The position numbers and the translations under genes are program-made. A stretch of 64,000 nt of DNA from contig NW_026262582.1 in assembly GCF_021869535.1 (NCBI RefSeq), positions 61,566,001-61,630,000 on the forward strand, written 5' to 3'. Positions 1 to 12,638 of this stretch are shown here, piece by piece. How positions within the stretch are numbered: the stretch's first letter is position 1; every line of letters starts with the position of its first letter. Below the pieces are notes generated by a model. That model did not search any database, was not told the DNA's origin, and was given only the letters and a program-made list of their open reading frames with translations. The DNA comes from Mytilus californianus (taxonomy: Eukaryota).

Positions 1-68
1 CGTGGTTCATCTGTACCCACGAAAACCACGAAAATTGGTATCCAACGAATAATAATGAATCTACAGTA
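1..68. mobile_element. Right end of a TA-flanked MITE (same family as 39773-39986)
   Basis: Ends ..aacgaataataatgaatctacagTA, the reverse complement of the tactgtggattcattattattcgtt terminus at 39773. Confidence 0.7.
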
Positions 69-420
69 ATTGAGTACTTTTTCGATCTATGGATGGATTG
101 ATTTACATAAAAGGGAAGGAATTTAAGTTTAAAATTTTAAAAATATGTTTTCTGCATGTATAAAAGGTACAAATATTTATATGTACCGGCCTTAACAGTT
201 TGTTCTTTTGGTACCGTAGTATTGATAGTTGTACACAAATTGAGAGCTATTCAAGTCTAAGGTTACTTGTACTTGTGTCGTCACCAATACAAAGTGCCAT
301 TATTTCTTCTTTTTTAAAAGTACTTTTATACTTCAGGATGGAATGTTTGACATAAAAGGGAAAAAATTTAAGTTTAAAATTGCAAAATTTGTTAACTACA
401 GTCCGTGTAACGTAAAAGTT

Positions 421-742
421 AACAAAACGAACGATGCCCGAATCATGTACGGACGATGCCCGAACGATGTACGTACGCTACCCGAACGGTGTACGAATGC
501 AAACGAAACGCTGACCGAACGTTGCACGGACGCTGAACGAATGATGTACGAACGAAACCATGTACCATAAACCATACCCTAAACGATAACATAAGCGCCC
601 TTTTATCGTACATCGTATGGTTTTGCGTACTTCGTTTCGCTTAGCGTATAACGTATCGTTTATCGTACATCGTTTCGTTTAGCGTATATCGTATGGTTAA
701 GCGTACATCGTTTCTTAGCGTGCATAGTTTCGTTTAGCGTAC
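421..742. repeat. CpG-rich degenerate short repeats arranged as an inverted (foldback-like) pair of arrays
   Basis: The left half is built of aacga/cgatgtacg units and the right half of their reverse complements (cgtacatcgtttcg). Confidence 0.6.
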
Positions 743-3244
743 AAATATAAAACTAGAATTGTGTTCTGTTAAATATTTTTTATATAGGTGATAATAGGCT
801 TAAACATTTAGATTGGATGCATAATTCAGTTTTTAATCATTCATTAAAAAAATTATAATTTATTCTGTCTCGATGTTGATCCAAAACTATTTACATAAAA
901 AATTTGAAAAATAAACACTGAAATAGATTTAAACAAACTAAAAGATACGATTATGATTTTTGTTAGCCGTAGAAAAGGTGAATGTGCGAGTAAACTGTAG
1001 TCTGCAGGGTGTTTAGTCAACAGTTTTTAGATTATATATATATTTTTATTCATCTATCAAATCAGTCGAAAAAAACAAATATTCAAGAAATTTCAAATAG
1101 AAACAATATTCTGTTATGTGCCTCATCAACCCCAAACATAAATCCCTACCAATGTACAAACGATTGTGTATTATTTTTACTACTAATGCACTTGACTTTT
1201 AACAATCATCAAAAAAGAGCGTGTCCGGCAAATGAAAAATTTCTAAAAAATGAAAAAATGAAAAATCTAAAAACTGTAAGTGAAATTATAATTTAGCGTT
1301 TTCATTTTTTTATTTTATAACAACAACAAAAATCTAGACCATTTCCCTCTTTTCTTTAATAATCTAAGACCATTTTCCTCTATTCTTCATTTTGCCCGTT
1401 ATACTCTATTCTTATTTTATATTTTTTTTCCTTTATTTTCCTGTATCTATATACCTCCTTTATTCGGAGCAACCCCACCCTAAATATACATATGATACAC
1501 AGGATCTATAGGTCATCGCTTGTGCCGTGATACACATGTTTGCATAACAAAGGACGTCCTTGTTTATATTCATGACATTTTAAATGTCCTCCTAATAATA
1601 CATCTAATAGTTGCCACTGGACGTTAAACAGCTAACTATAAATGCATCCGTCATATTCTTAGTTTTGTTATAATGTATAAATCAAACAACATGATGAAAG
1701 TTAACACTTGCAGATTTTCACTGCCGACATAATGGGAAATAATTGTAAACAAAACCACTCAGGCCCTATTTTCCAATTTCTATTGTAATGTGGTTTAATG
1801 CAAAAAAGGTAACTCCTGAATACTGATCTGTACCCATCAATCATTTAGGATTTATAACAAATCTACGGTAGTGTCTTTTTCTTTACTTTCAAATTATTCG
1901 ACTAAATCATGTTTTATTTATGAAAATAGCTTATTGCTGGCAATTGTTAAATATTGATCCCTAGATTTTCAATTGTTTAGTTGTTGGGTTACTGTCTGAT
2001 CTCGCAAACTTGACATTTTATGGTCAGTATTGTTTGCATCCAATTGCACCAATTTATCAAAAAGATAATAATGCGACACCGTACGAGAGTCGGTACTTTG
2101 CATAAACTACTAGGTTTTTTTTCTATAACGAAATACGAAACCACTTCTCGTAATTCGCCTTGGAGTAATTGTGCTTCTCATTTGACAAAATATGGCCTTG
2201 TCTCAAAAACAAAAAAAAATACAATATAATAGAGTAATATATAAAACTGGACTAGAGTGAAAAGTTTGAAAGTAGGAATTCTGAATTTTAATTGAATGTT
2301 CTAAATCTTTGTGTATTTTTTATATAAGATTGTACAGATTCAACTATTTCTTTGTTTTTGCTGTGCTGAAATGAAAGGTCACCAGCCAATAGTAGCAAAA
2401 AGGATATAGTAGATCTTTCTAATTTTGAAGATTATATTTCTCTTGCTTCAATGTGAAACGGGCACCAAAAAAAAAAGAAGGTGAATACTATCCTCAACAG
2501 GATGGCCACAGCTGCATGCGGGATTGTGTTTCATATTAACAAGGTTTAAATCTGCATTTGAAGAACTTCACATATTTCTCAAACGTGTATCAATGATATT
2601 AAGATTTATATCACCACAACTAAAATAGGAAGTGCGTACTGTGAATAAATACTCAGTTTAGTATTGTTTACAGCAATTTATCACATATAATACCATGTTA
2701 ACAGTTAATAACATAAACGGTACCAATTTTTTTGCACCAGATGCGCATTTCGACAATCAATGTCTCTTCAGTGAAGGTGACGGTATTTGACAGTCTGAAG
2801 GAGACAGCATCGAGGATTTAATAAGGCAAAGCTTCTGTTGTACTCAATCTTACTAAAGTTTTCTTTATTACATTTTATAGATATGTATTCGAGATACGAT
2901 AATGTAGTTTCCTTTTTTATATTACACCTGATCATCTATGATGGGATAATGTCTAATGAGAGAATTTAACCATAGACTGAATAACGTAGAAATGACCAAT
3001 TAAAGGTCACTGTACGGCCTTCAACAATGAGCAAAATCCATACAGCATGGTAAGATATACAAGGCTCCGAAAGGACAAATGTAAAATACACTCAACGTCA
3101 AGTTCTCAGCGATTGCAAAGTACTTTTTCTAAATTAATTAAGTTTTGAATCAAATCAGGTTACACAGTCACAATAGTATATATGTATATAAGGTGCAAAT
3201 ATTTGTATGTACCTGCCTTAACACTTTGTTTTCAATTTATATAA

Positions 3245-3695
3245 TTCAAGAGTCTATCCTAAATTGAGGTAAATTGTATGGCTTTCCAAATACCGTTTCG
3301 ATTCCTAACATCACTGAAGAGACATTAATTGTCGAAATCCGGATATGGTGTACAAAACCTTTGCACCTTTGTTTTGCGGTATATCATCTTTTCCGCAAGT
3401 TTATTGTTTTCTGTTTAGTATCAAATTTATAATTAAGATCCATTTATTACATCGGTGATCCGTTTATTTGGCAATCGACAACGGCAGTCAGCAGGGTTTA
3501 AGAACATTTGTTGTTCGACCTGTTAGTCAAATGCGTTTTGTTAAAATATACTTTTTCACTTTTTTGGTCTTTTGGAAAATGTTGTTTTTAGACCGCTCTA
3601 ACAAGAAATTTGTTTTGCATGCACACGTATAAAAATTGCGGTTTTTATCCAACGCAATCATAGGTTTGAACGTTGTTTTCAATTTAGACTTGTAT
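3245..3695 (+). repeat. Interspersed repeat, second copy at 21810-22130
   Basis: Long near-identical tracts (aattcaagagtctatcctaaattgagg..; cacgtataaaaattgcggtttttatccaacgcaatcatagg..) in both places. Confidence 0.75.
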
Positions 3696-3989
3696 ATATA
3701 TATATATATAACTATGAAAGTAAGGAAATGTGGTATGATAGCAAAGGGACAACTATCCACCAAATTACCAATGAAAGGGATGTAGGCAACCGTACGGCCT
3801 TCAACAATAAGAAAAATCCAATACCGTATAATCGGTTATAAAAGCCCCGACATGAAAAATATGAAACAATTCAATTGAAAAAACTAACGGCCTATTTGAT
3901 AACAAATCAATTAGCAAAAAAACAAATATGACAGACATAAACCAGCGACGACCACTGAAATCAGTTGAAAATGGCTCAACTCATCAAAT

Positions 3990-4950
3990 CTATACAAAGC
4001 GGAAAAACATCTAACAAAAACACAGACCGGACGTGACAGGTTATGTATACATCCATGGACAAATTTAGTAAGGTTTTAATTAATGTGTGGTAAAGAAATT
4101 TCTGACTAGATACATTACCAGTTAGAGATAGATTCCGCTCATTGAAATCCAAGACGTCACAACAGACACGGCATAGCGAACGGGTTGTGATAAATAATAT
4201 ATATATATATATATATGCCGCATGCATAAAAACTGCTCCAATAGAGTTATGAGGAAGAACGACTGAAATCGACACTACATTTGTACAACACCAAATCTTT
4301 GTATCTATGGACGAATTTAGTAAAGGTTTTGGATAATTCGTGGTTACGAAATCCCTGACACAATAATTTAGCAGTAATAGATAGATTACGCTCATTGAAA
4401 TCCCAAACGTCACTACAGACACGGGCATAACGGACGACTTTGGATGTATAAACACCGTAAGACGGTTCCACCAAAGGAACATCACCGTCCAAAAAAGGAA
4501 ATTTAACAATAGGAAAAGAAAAATCGTCCCTTTTGTCGTAAATTTTTGAGTAATGTTTCTCTTTTTAAACTGAAATATCTAAATATAGGAAAGAGCAGTT
4601 ATTGCTGTTAATATTGTATTTATTTAAAGTAAATTCCTTTAGGCATATTTCGTCAAGATAACGGTAAGTGTTGTTGAATTTATCGATTTAATTGAATTTA
4701 GACGGGTCTTTACTGAGTTTGGCAATAAACTGTGGTTCATGACAGTACAAGAACAAGTATTTTATTAAATGAGCGCAATTTGAGCCCATAGGAATACCTA
4801 AAACCTGCCGATTAACATTTACTGTCGAAACGTAAATGTTGTAGAGAAAAAAAGAATTCAGCTTTAATCGTCTCATCACACCTCCAGTAAGTATATTTAG
4901 CATATTTTTAGACACTACCTCACTTAAAATCCACATTTTTTGTTCCAATC
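3990..4950 (-). mobile_element. Decayed Penelope-like element, RT fragment
   Basis: Translates with stops and frameshifts to NIYV..RQVLGIPMGSNCA..RYLDE..KIYDKRDDFSFPIVKFPFL..YGVY..RYARVC..KLLCQGF. The thumb segment is duplicated (about 4030-4190 vs 4280-4430). Confidence 0.85.
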
Positions 4951-5965
4951 TCTATCCACAAATTTATTTTGGCATAACAAACTTTAGCATCAGAAAGTAA
5001 CATTATTAAAGTTAACACAACAGAAGTTAACGAAAGTTAAAATCTGTTCAATTGATTAAGCAGAAATTAATCAAGGTAACACACAAAAACTGAAGGAATC
5101 CTGAACTCAAAAAACAGAGAGATCGGGTGTTTCAATTGAGGAGTCTCTCGAGCTGTATATGCATCACCTGCCATTTGAATCAAACCTCAGTCAAAATGTC
5201 ACAATTGGGATTAAAACACAATCGGTAAAATTACAGTTCGGACGAATATTCTGGCATATACATATATTAGAACCACGAGAACATGCTACTGGTGATTTTA
5301 GACATAGAACCATCGCATCGGTAAGCTAATTCGTGATGGTGAACATAAATCTTGTTAAGTGTCGACATAACATTGTTTATATGTAAGTAGCACATCCTGT
5401 TCATTAAGTCCGTAAAGTTGAAACCTAAACGAGGGTAAATCATTTATTGAGATATGTAAAACACCATACCATGTGGAAGAGGTTTTGCAGCTTGTGAGAA
5501 GTGGAAAGCTGAAAATTGAAATGTTGAAATCAACACTTTTTTCAAATATTCTAGTTTTACGTCGTCCATCTTAGTCAATATCGAGGAAAATATCTACATA
5601 TAAATCAGACCTTCTATTTTGGTAGCATCCGTTATCTCCGGTTCATTAGGATAATTAAGAAAAAGTATTTTCTTGAAATGAGTACCAGTACATCAACAAT
5701 AACTTGTTTACGGTTCACCAGAGCAGGCAAATCCAAGCATAGTTCTTTACCATTTGATAACTGAACTAAGTGATATAGTTTTAATTCAAGCATATTTGTT
5801 TATATCTGATAGAGTTCCTCCTTCATCAAACGCTTATAAGTAAACTAATCTTTGACGGTTCACCATACCATATACAAAATCGTACTGCGTTTACATTTTC
5901 CAATTGATACGTAACGCTCGGACATGTGAATGTAGGACTGATACTGGAATACCGACATGCATGTG
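4950..5965 (-). mobile_element. Second, older Penelope-like RT relic plus 3' region
   Basis: Remnants VGIP, IVDVL, YPNEPEITDAT, DFNISIFSFPLL, YGV; homologous to 10670-12050. Confidence 0.6.
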
Positions 5966-6607
5966 CAATTGAACATATTGCACCTAACTGTATGTAAGTT
6001 AAATGTCAGACGATAAACAGAGACTTTAATGACCAGTGGTACAATATTTAACGAAAATGATGTCTTGAGAAACCATGTATCCAATATATCATGTATATGG
6101 AATCATAAATGTGATTAAAATAAATCTAAACATGTTTTGCATAACTAACTAATTTTCGCAAATAATTCATTTTCGCAAGAAGAAAATTGAAGCAAATATA
6201 AATCGTCGCGAATATTAAAAACATGTTTCGTTATATCAAGTAATTCAGACAATTAGGATATCGCGATATTTAACTGCCGCGAAATCCATTTAAACGAGCT
6301 AAACGCGATATAAATTAAAATATACGCGAAAATAAGCTTACATAAGAGAAACCATGGGTATGCTATAGCTTTGAGAGAAAAAAAAGACCTGTTAACACCC
6401 TGCAGTATCAAAAGTTCACCTCACATTTTATGCCATATAAGAAGATTTGAATATGACATCAAAGTTATTCACACTCTTTCAGAGATGTTGGCTTCCTGGT
6501 CAATTATCACCTAGTTAAATAAAAATTGGCGAAACAATTTTATTTATCAGTCACTTCGAAAAGATTGGCAAGAGAAGCACTTTGATCAGAACGTTTTCAA
6601 AGACGTG

Positions 6608-8014
6608 ATGTTCAACGAGGAACGCGCAGAGGTAGTGTTGTCTTATAAACAGACATTGTTTCCAGGAAATATAAAGAAAAATTTTCAGCATCGTTACTTT
6701 ATCCAGAGACGTAGTGGCTCTTCATCCTCAGTTGAATCAACTTTTGACCTGGCAGATACTGCAATATCTCTTTCAAACTCACCCTCTCAGGAACGTAGTA
6801 TTCCAGATTTGCCAAGCAATTCACCAAGTAAGTCAACATCTTTCCAAACTGAATCAGCAAATGCAATAGAAGATAATGATGTGTTTGTGGAGTCTTCATT
6901 AAAGGTTCTGACACATAAACGGTCAGCACATGGTTCTCCAGAGTTTTCAAAGATGTCATTCACACAGCAAGGACATCCATTAACTACTAAATGTTTTGGA
7001 TCTGATCATGCAACTACTAAACAACAAGTTCACCGCGTTGAACGTCTTCCTTCTCAAAAACAACCTGGGTCGAAAATTGCGATCGGCAATAAAGAACAAG
7101 AAAGACATGGACTTCAAAATACAAAACCACAACTTTCGAATCTGTATCATCATTTGCCAGGGTTTCTTTCACCACAGTTTGTGTCGTCTGCAAAGTCAAT
7201 ACCGTTCCACTCAGTTCACGAAGGATGCCATAAGTTTTTTAACTTCAATACGTCTACCCCATTTGCTGGCTTCATTTCAGACCCAGAGTTATCTACACCT
7301 AGTCCTGGCATGTCGACTGGAATTCATTTTGAATTTCCGCCGAGAGCAAGGATGTATAACTCAATGTCAGAACTGAATCGAATGGCAATGTCTCCATTCG
7401 GATGCTTTCCTAATCAGAATATCAATATGTCTCAGATACCGTCTAAACACTCAACTTTAAAACAAAATCGGGATCAGCGCAGAACTTTGTCCGACTCTGA
7501 TGCTTACAAATGTCCAGTGTGTAATCAAATGTTTCTTTCATTTGATACCTTAGCAAAACACATGGCAAAACACTTACCAACAGAAACTATCTTACAGGGT
7601 GAAAATAGCAAAATACACTTATGTAAAGTTTGCAATAGATCTTTTTCTCGTAGCGACATGTTGACACGCCACATGAGATTGCACACAGGCATTAAACCAT
7701 ATGAATGCAGTGATTGTGGACAAGTGTTTAGTCGTAGTGACCATTTAAACACACATAAACGCACCCATACCGGTGAAAAGCCGTATCGATGTCCTCAGTG
7801 TCCGTATGCTGCATGCAGACGCGATATGGTTACACGTCACATGAGAACACACAACAAAAGGTCGGTAAAAAGGAATAGGTTACTATCAGTACCATATTTT
7901 AAAGATGATTTACGCATGAATTCAGTGTCAAGAACAGATACGACAGGTTCACAAGATATGTCTGGACGTTCATGTTCACAATCCAGCATTGAAAGTGTTG
8001 ATATTGACTGTTGA
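6608..8014 (+). CDS. klu: Klumpfuss-like (EGR/WT1-class) C2H2 zinc-finger transcription factor
   Basis: Uninterrupted ORF (ATG 6608, TGA 8012-8014). Four C2H2 fingers: CPVC..LAKHMAKH, CKVC..RSDMLTRHMRLH, CSDC..RSDHLNTHKRTH and CPQCPYAACRRDMVTRHMRTH, with TGIKPY/TGEKPY linkers. The last three fingers match the Drosophila Klumpfuss finger array as I recall it. The N-terminus is uncertain because the frame is open back to 6515. Confidence 0.88.
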   Translation: MFNEERAEVVLSYKQTLFPGNIKKNFQHRYFIQRRSGSSSSVESTFDLADTAISLSNSPSQERSIPDLPSNSPSKSTSFQTESANAIEDNDVFVESSLKVLTHKRSAHGSPEFSKMSFTQQGHPLTTKCFGSDHATTKQQVHRVERLPSQKQPGSKIAIGNKEQERHGLQNTKPQLSNLYHHLPGFLSPQFVSSAKSIPFHSVHEGCHKFFNFNTSTPFAGFISDPELSTPSPGMSTGIHFEFPPRARMYNSMSELNRMAMSPFGCFPNQNINMSQIPSKHSTLKQNRDQRRTLSDSDAYKCPVCNQMFLSFDTLAKHMAKHLPTETILQGENSKIHLCKVCNRSFSRSDMLTRHMRLHTGIKPYECSDCGQVFSRSDHLNTHKRTHTGEKPYRCPQCPYAACRRDMVTRHMRTHNKRSVKRNRLLSVPYFKDDLRMNSVSRTDTTGSQDMSGRSCSQSSIESVDIDC

Positions 8015-10981
8015 TGATTTTAATTCGTATCTAGTAGTACTTTTGATGCAAGAATGATGTTTCCCTTATCGTGATGAGATATGGGGAAACAAAATCAAAA
8101 ACAGACAGAAGGACAACAAGGCCATGGTATCGTACATCATGTGCATACAGTATAGTGTTTGAACATGTTGAAGAGTCAAATTCCGAAAGACGACCAGCCT
8201 AACTACATTTTACATACTTCCGAAATTCATCGAGACATTCCTGCACAGCGTTACATCATTAAAGACTCGTTGTTGTAAGAATTTAAGCTAAGCAGATAAA
8301 TTGTTGATGTTAAATATGAATAAAGAGATAAAGAGATCTGCTTGTTTGTTGATACTTATTAAAGCACTTAAAATAAAAGCCTCCTAGAAAATGACAATTT
8401 CTCTTATATTCTCTGTCCTTCTTGCAGATATTCTGGTACTTATTGGTATATATTTATGAAAGGAAAGCTGTCCATTAAAGGTGAGTAGTGTTTATGTAAG
8501 CGGTATCGACCCAATGCTGTAAAAAATTAAAACAACACTTTATAACTTAAGAACCCCTCTGGTGAGTCAAACATTTTCCAACTGATTTTTACAGTTTTAA
8601 CGTAAGTTACACGACTGTCGAAGATAAGGTGGTTGGTTGTGTTCTTACAAAAATGATAAATTCTCGCTTTTCCCTATATGTACCTGTCCCAACACAAGGT
8701 CCTGTTATCCTGTTGTTTTCGTTAGTTGCTAAGGTGATATATGTTTTTCGTTCAAATGTTTTTAGTAAAAATACCATTGATTACTTTCCCGTTTCAGAAG
8801 ATTTTTTTTGCTTTTTATGAATCATACAAGACGGTTACAACTGATTGGTACAGATTGTACTTATATATGTGTCGTGCCAAGGCAGAAACATGTAATCCAG
8901 TGTTATGCGTTGGTTGATGCCAGTCATATTTGTTTTTCGTCCATGATTGTAGTGAAAATATCATTTTCTTTTTATCAAGGAAAAGAGTCTTCAGCCCATA
9001 AGATTTCTCGTTTGAAATATTTCACATTTTGTCATACCGGGGTCTTTTATAGCTTACTATCGGTATGGGTTTTTCTGATTGTTAACTGCAATTCGTTGAA
9101 CTGGGGTTGATGAAATCTTTATCTTTTGGTCTAAGGATAGTTTTCTCATTGTCTATCATACCTGGTCTTGCGGCATAAAAATTTCGCCTTCGATTAACTT
9201 ACTCAGACTCATTCAACCAAAACAAATAGTGGATTTAGTGTTTCGATCACAAATTTTGTACTCCGAATAATGAGTATAGCTTTATAAAAAGAAAACATAA
9301 CAAAAATACCGAACTCCAAGGAAAATTCAAGCAAAATAAAAAGCTCAAACATATCAAACGAATGGAAAACAACTTTCATATTCCGAGAGCCCAGGTTCAT
9401 CGATCACAAAGTTTTACTCGGTTCTCAGAGTACTAAATTTGTGTGCTCGAAACATCAAATGCGGTATTCTAATTTGTTGATTTCTGACTCTGAGTATGAT
9501 AATCGTGCTTGAAATTTTTCTAACCGCAAGGCCTGATCCCCACATTTCTTAATGGAAATGATTTTTACGGTCTACATTTGCCATTAAAGGAATATGATTT
9601 GTAGAGATGGATGTTTCACGGACCTTGTTTGGGATGACATTCTTTAAGAGTACTGACTTTTCTTCTCCTTGATTACAAGATATGACAGTATTTAAACAAC
9701 GAGCAAATGATACCCACGGGAAGTTATAATCTTTAGCGGCCATAAAATACAATTTTACGAACAAATTAAATTCAGTTCCCAATATGTCAAATTATTTCTT
9801 TAACATCACCTATAATACTTTAACTAAATAAACTTGACCTTTAATGGTTTACTTTTATTAATTTTAATTTGGATGGAACGTTGTCCCATTGGCACACATA
9901 CCACATCTTCTTATATCTATTTGATAGAAATTAGTTATACATTATTTCATCGTCTTAAGTTATGGGTAGGGTTGCTGGATAATTGCACACAGCTAAATTC
10001 GTAATATTGACAACCCATATGGGTAATTATTCAGAATACACTGTACTAGACTTGTTTTAGATAACTTACAGATGTGAATACTGTTTTGTGTTACCTTGAC
10101 AGACATCTTATTAAACATATGACATCAGACAGTGACATTTGACATCAGTGGTGCTAACACTACTTTTGATTTCTTTCCAATGCAATCAAATGATTCTCGC
10201 AAGTATTGTTTTCCTTTTATTTTTTTCTTCTCTCCCATAAGAATATTTTTATTGAATAATGGTGTGACAATCATCTGAGTGACGTTTAACCAACATGTTA
10301 CAATTTGTGTTGTTTATTTTTTTCTCTTCAACTTTAAATGTTCCAATATGAATATATCAACTACCATATTTCAAATCCACGTGTTTACCAATATCGCTCC
10401 ATAAAATGTATAACGTATTGATTTGAATACCATTCACCTTGACAGACATCTCATTTAATATATGACATCATACAGTGAAATTTGACATCAGTTGTGGTAA
10501 CACTGCTATTGATTTCCTTTCAATTTACGCAAATAATTGTCGTAAGTTTTTTCGTTCTTGTGTTAATAAATCAACGGTGTGAATATCGTCTGAATGACCT
10601 ATAACAAACATATTATAGTTGGTGTGTTTTCTTATCAACTTGCAATGTTTCGATATGAATATATCAATTACCTTACTTAAAATCCACGTTTTTCCCTATA
10701 TCTCTCCACAAAATTTATTTTGAAGGCTAAAATCATATTTATACTTACATCACAAATTTTAGCATCAGACAGTAAAACCATTAAAACTTACACAACTGTT
10801 ACAGTAGTTGACCAAGGTTTAATGTTCAAATCTTTTCCTTGCCTTAATTAAGGTGAAACAATTCAAGTAACAAACAAAAGTTGAAGGAATCCGGAATTCC
10901 AAAAAAAGCGATGCCGTGTGCTTCAAACGGGAGTATCCTATATACTTTTCATGCATCACACGCTATGTGAATTATAATTAA

Positions 10982-11255
10982 GGTGGTACCTACCACTACA
11001 GGAAGATAACTTTGTAAAAATCAGCTAAACGTTTAAATTACGTTGTATTGTTAAGGAAATATTAAGCTTCTCAATGATCAAAATTAGTGTTTGTCAAACT
11101 GTTATATAACCAATGAAATTTTTCTGATAAAGTGGTTGGTTCAAATTTTTTGAAATTTTTATATTTTTGTCAAAGGGTCAAAGTAAACATTTTGTCAAAA
11201 TTTTATGAAAATTAAACGAGCCAAATTAATATTAGTCAAGGTGTTGGGTACCACC
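10982..11255. mobile_element. 274-bp Kolobok-like MITE
   Basis: TTAA on both sides (10978-10981, 11256-11259), GG..CC termini, TIR ggtggtacctaccac/ggtggtacccaacac. The homologous site near 5190 lacks it. Confidence 0.8.
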
Positions 11256-11539
11256 TTAAGTCAAAATGTCACAATCAGGATTAGATCACAATCGGTAAAT
11301 TTCCCCATTTGACTACTATTCCGGCAAATAAAGGTATAAAAACTGCAAATCATGTCTTTGTTACTGCTGCGTAGTGGGAAGTAGAGAATTGGAAAGTTGA
11401 AATCCTCACGTTTGTCATATATTCTAGTTTGAAGTTTTCCATCTAAATCAATATCGCGGAAAAGTTTTATATATATATATCAGACCTATTTTTGATAGTA
11501 TCCTTGATTTGATCTCCAGTTCATTGGATAAATGAGATA

Positions 11540-11776
11540 AAAAGTAAAATCACAAAAATACCGAACTCCGAGGAAAATTCAAAACGGAAAGTCCCTAATC
11601 AAATGGCAAAATCAAAAGCTCAAACACATCAAACGAATGGATAACAACTGTCATATTCCTGACTTGGTATAGGCATCTTCTTATGTAGAAAATGGTGGAT
11701 TAAACCTGGTTTTAAAGCTAGCCAAACCTCTCACTTGTATGACAGTCGCATAAAATTCCATTATATTGACAACGAT
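11540..11776 (+). repeat. High-copy interspersed repeat (family carrying GGGACTTTCC)
   Basis: Near-identical or partial copies at about 9290-9385 (+), 18195-18300 (-), 19625-19755 (-) and 29060-29278 (-). Confidence 0.8.
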
Positions 11777-12084
11777 AAAAGCATTCGTTGAAATGAGTAC
11801 CAGGACATCATCAATAACTAGTTTATGGTTCTCATGAGCAGCAAATCCTATCATAGATCTTGTAATTTTCTTTTACTGAACTAAGTGACATAATTTTAAT
11901 TCAGATATATCTGATGATATTTGATACTGTTTCTCCTGTATCAAACGCTACATGCTTACAAGAATACTAATCATTGACGGTTTTACAATACGATATTGCA
12001 CATCGTACTGCGTTTTCATTAATCAATTGATATGCTTCGCTGCGGAAAGTTAGAACGATGCGGAAATCTTTAGCTGGGGTGTAA

Positions 12085-12265
12085 TCCTTACACAAAAACT
12101 GCTTCAACACAGTTATGAAGAAGAATTGGTAACTTTTGGTAATTTTTGGTCAAGATTGGTAGTAACTATGTTGGAGCAGTTTTTGTAGAGTTGTACGGCC
12201 ACCATCATGATTTGTTGACGGATACGATATGTATGTGTCTCAACTCACTAGTGACATGTTTCTTG
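12085..12265 (+). mobile_element. Penelope-like RT C-terminal remnant
   Basis: LTQKLLQHSY.. and LYGHHHDL..DMYVSQLT-like remnants. Confidence 0.5.
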
Positions 12266-12638
12266 GATCTAAGACCGATTGTTACCTATTCGTGATTGCG
12301 TCATTCTGACTGAGTGTGGATTTATATGGTGATGGATGAAATCATAACGGGAGACACCTACCCAGTTGTTGCATCTAGTCCAACTCCTTTTGTAGTTAAT
12401 CAAAATCTCGCAGGTTTTGTTTTTTGCCGTGATTTTATTCCTAATCAATTAGAGACTTGAAGATGGATTAACTACTGCCTTAATTTGATATTTGTCTTTT
12501 TTTCAGAAATATATAAAACAATTTGTTCTAAAAAAAATGTCATTCTTATGAGATGTCAAGCTTTATTGTCGAAATTACCTGATGGAATACAGTCAAATAA
12601 CATACGTTGTGCGCACGTGCGCCCTTAAATTAGTTCTG

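Larger units (their letters stand above)
10090..12050 (-). mobile_element. Decayed Penelope-like element with a tandem ~343-bp 3' repeat and two nested insertions
   Basis: Colinear homology to 4920-5960, IDDVL remnant near 11800, and direct repeats starting at about 10091 and 10434. Confidence 0.6.

Noticed and set aside
343-570. 75-aa ORF with repeated ERCT/PND motifs
   Set aside because: It is the translation of the aacga micro-repeat block; there is no coding signal
1009-3763. Short hydrophobic ORFs from the ORF track (and similar ones throughout the window)
   Set aside because: Their length and F/I/L/K bias are what AT-rich non-coding DNA produces by chance
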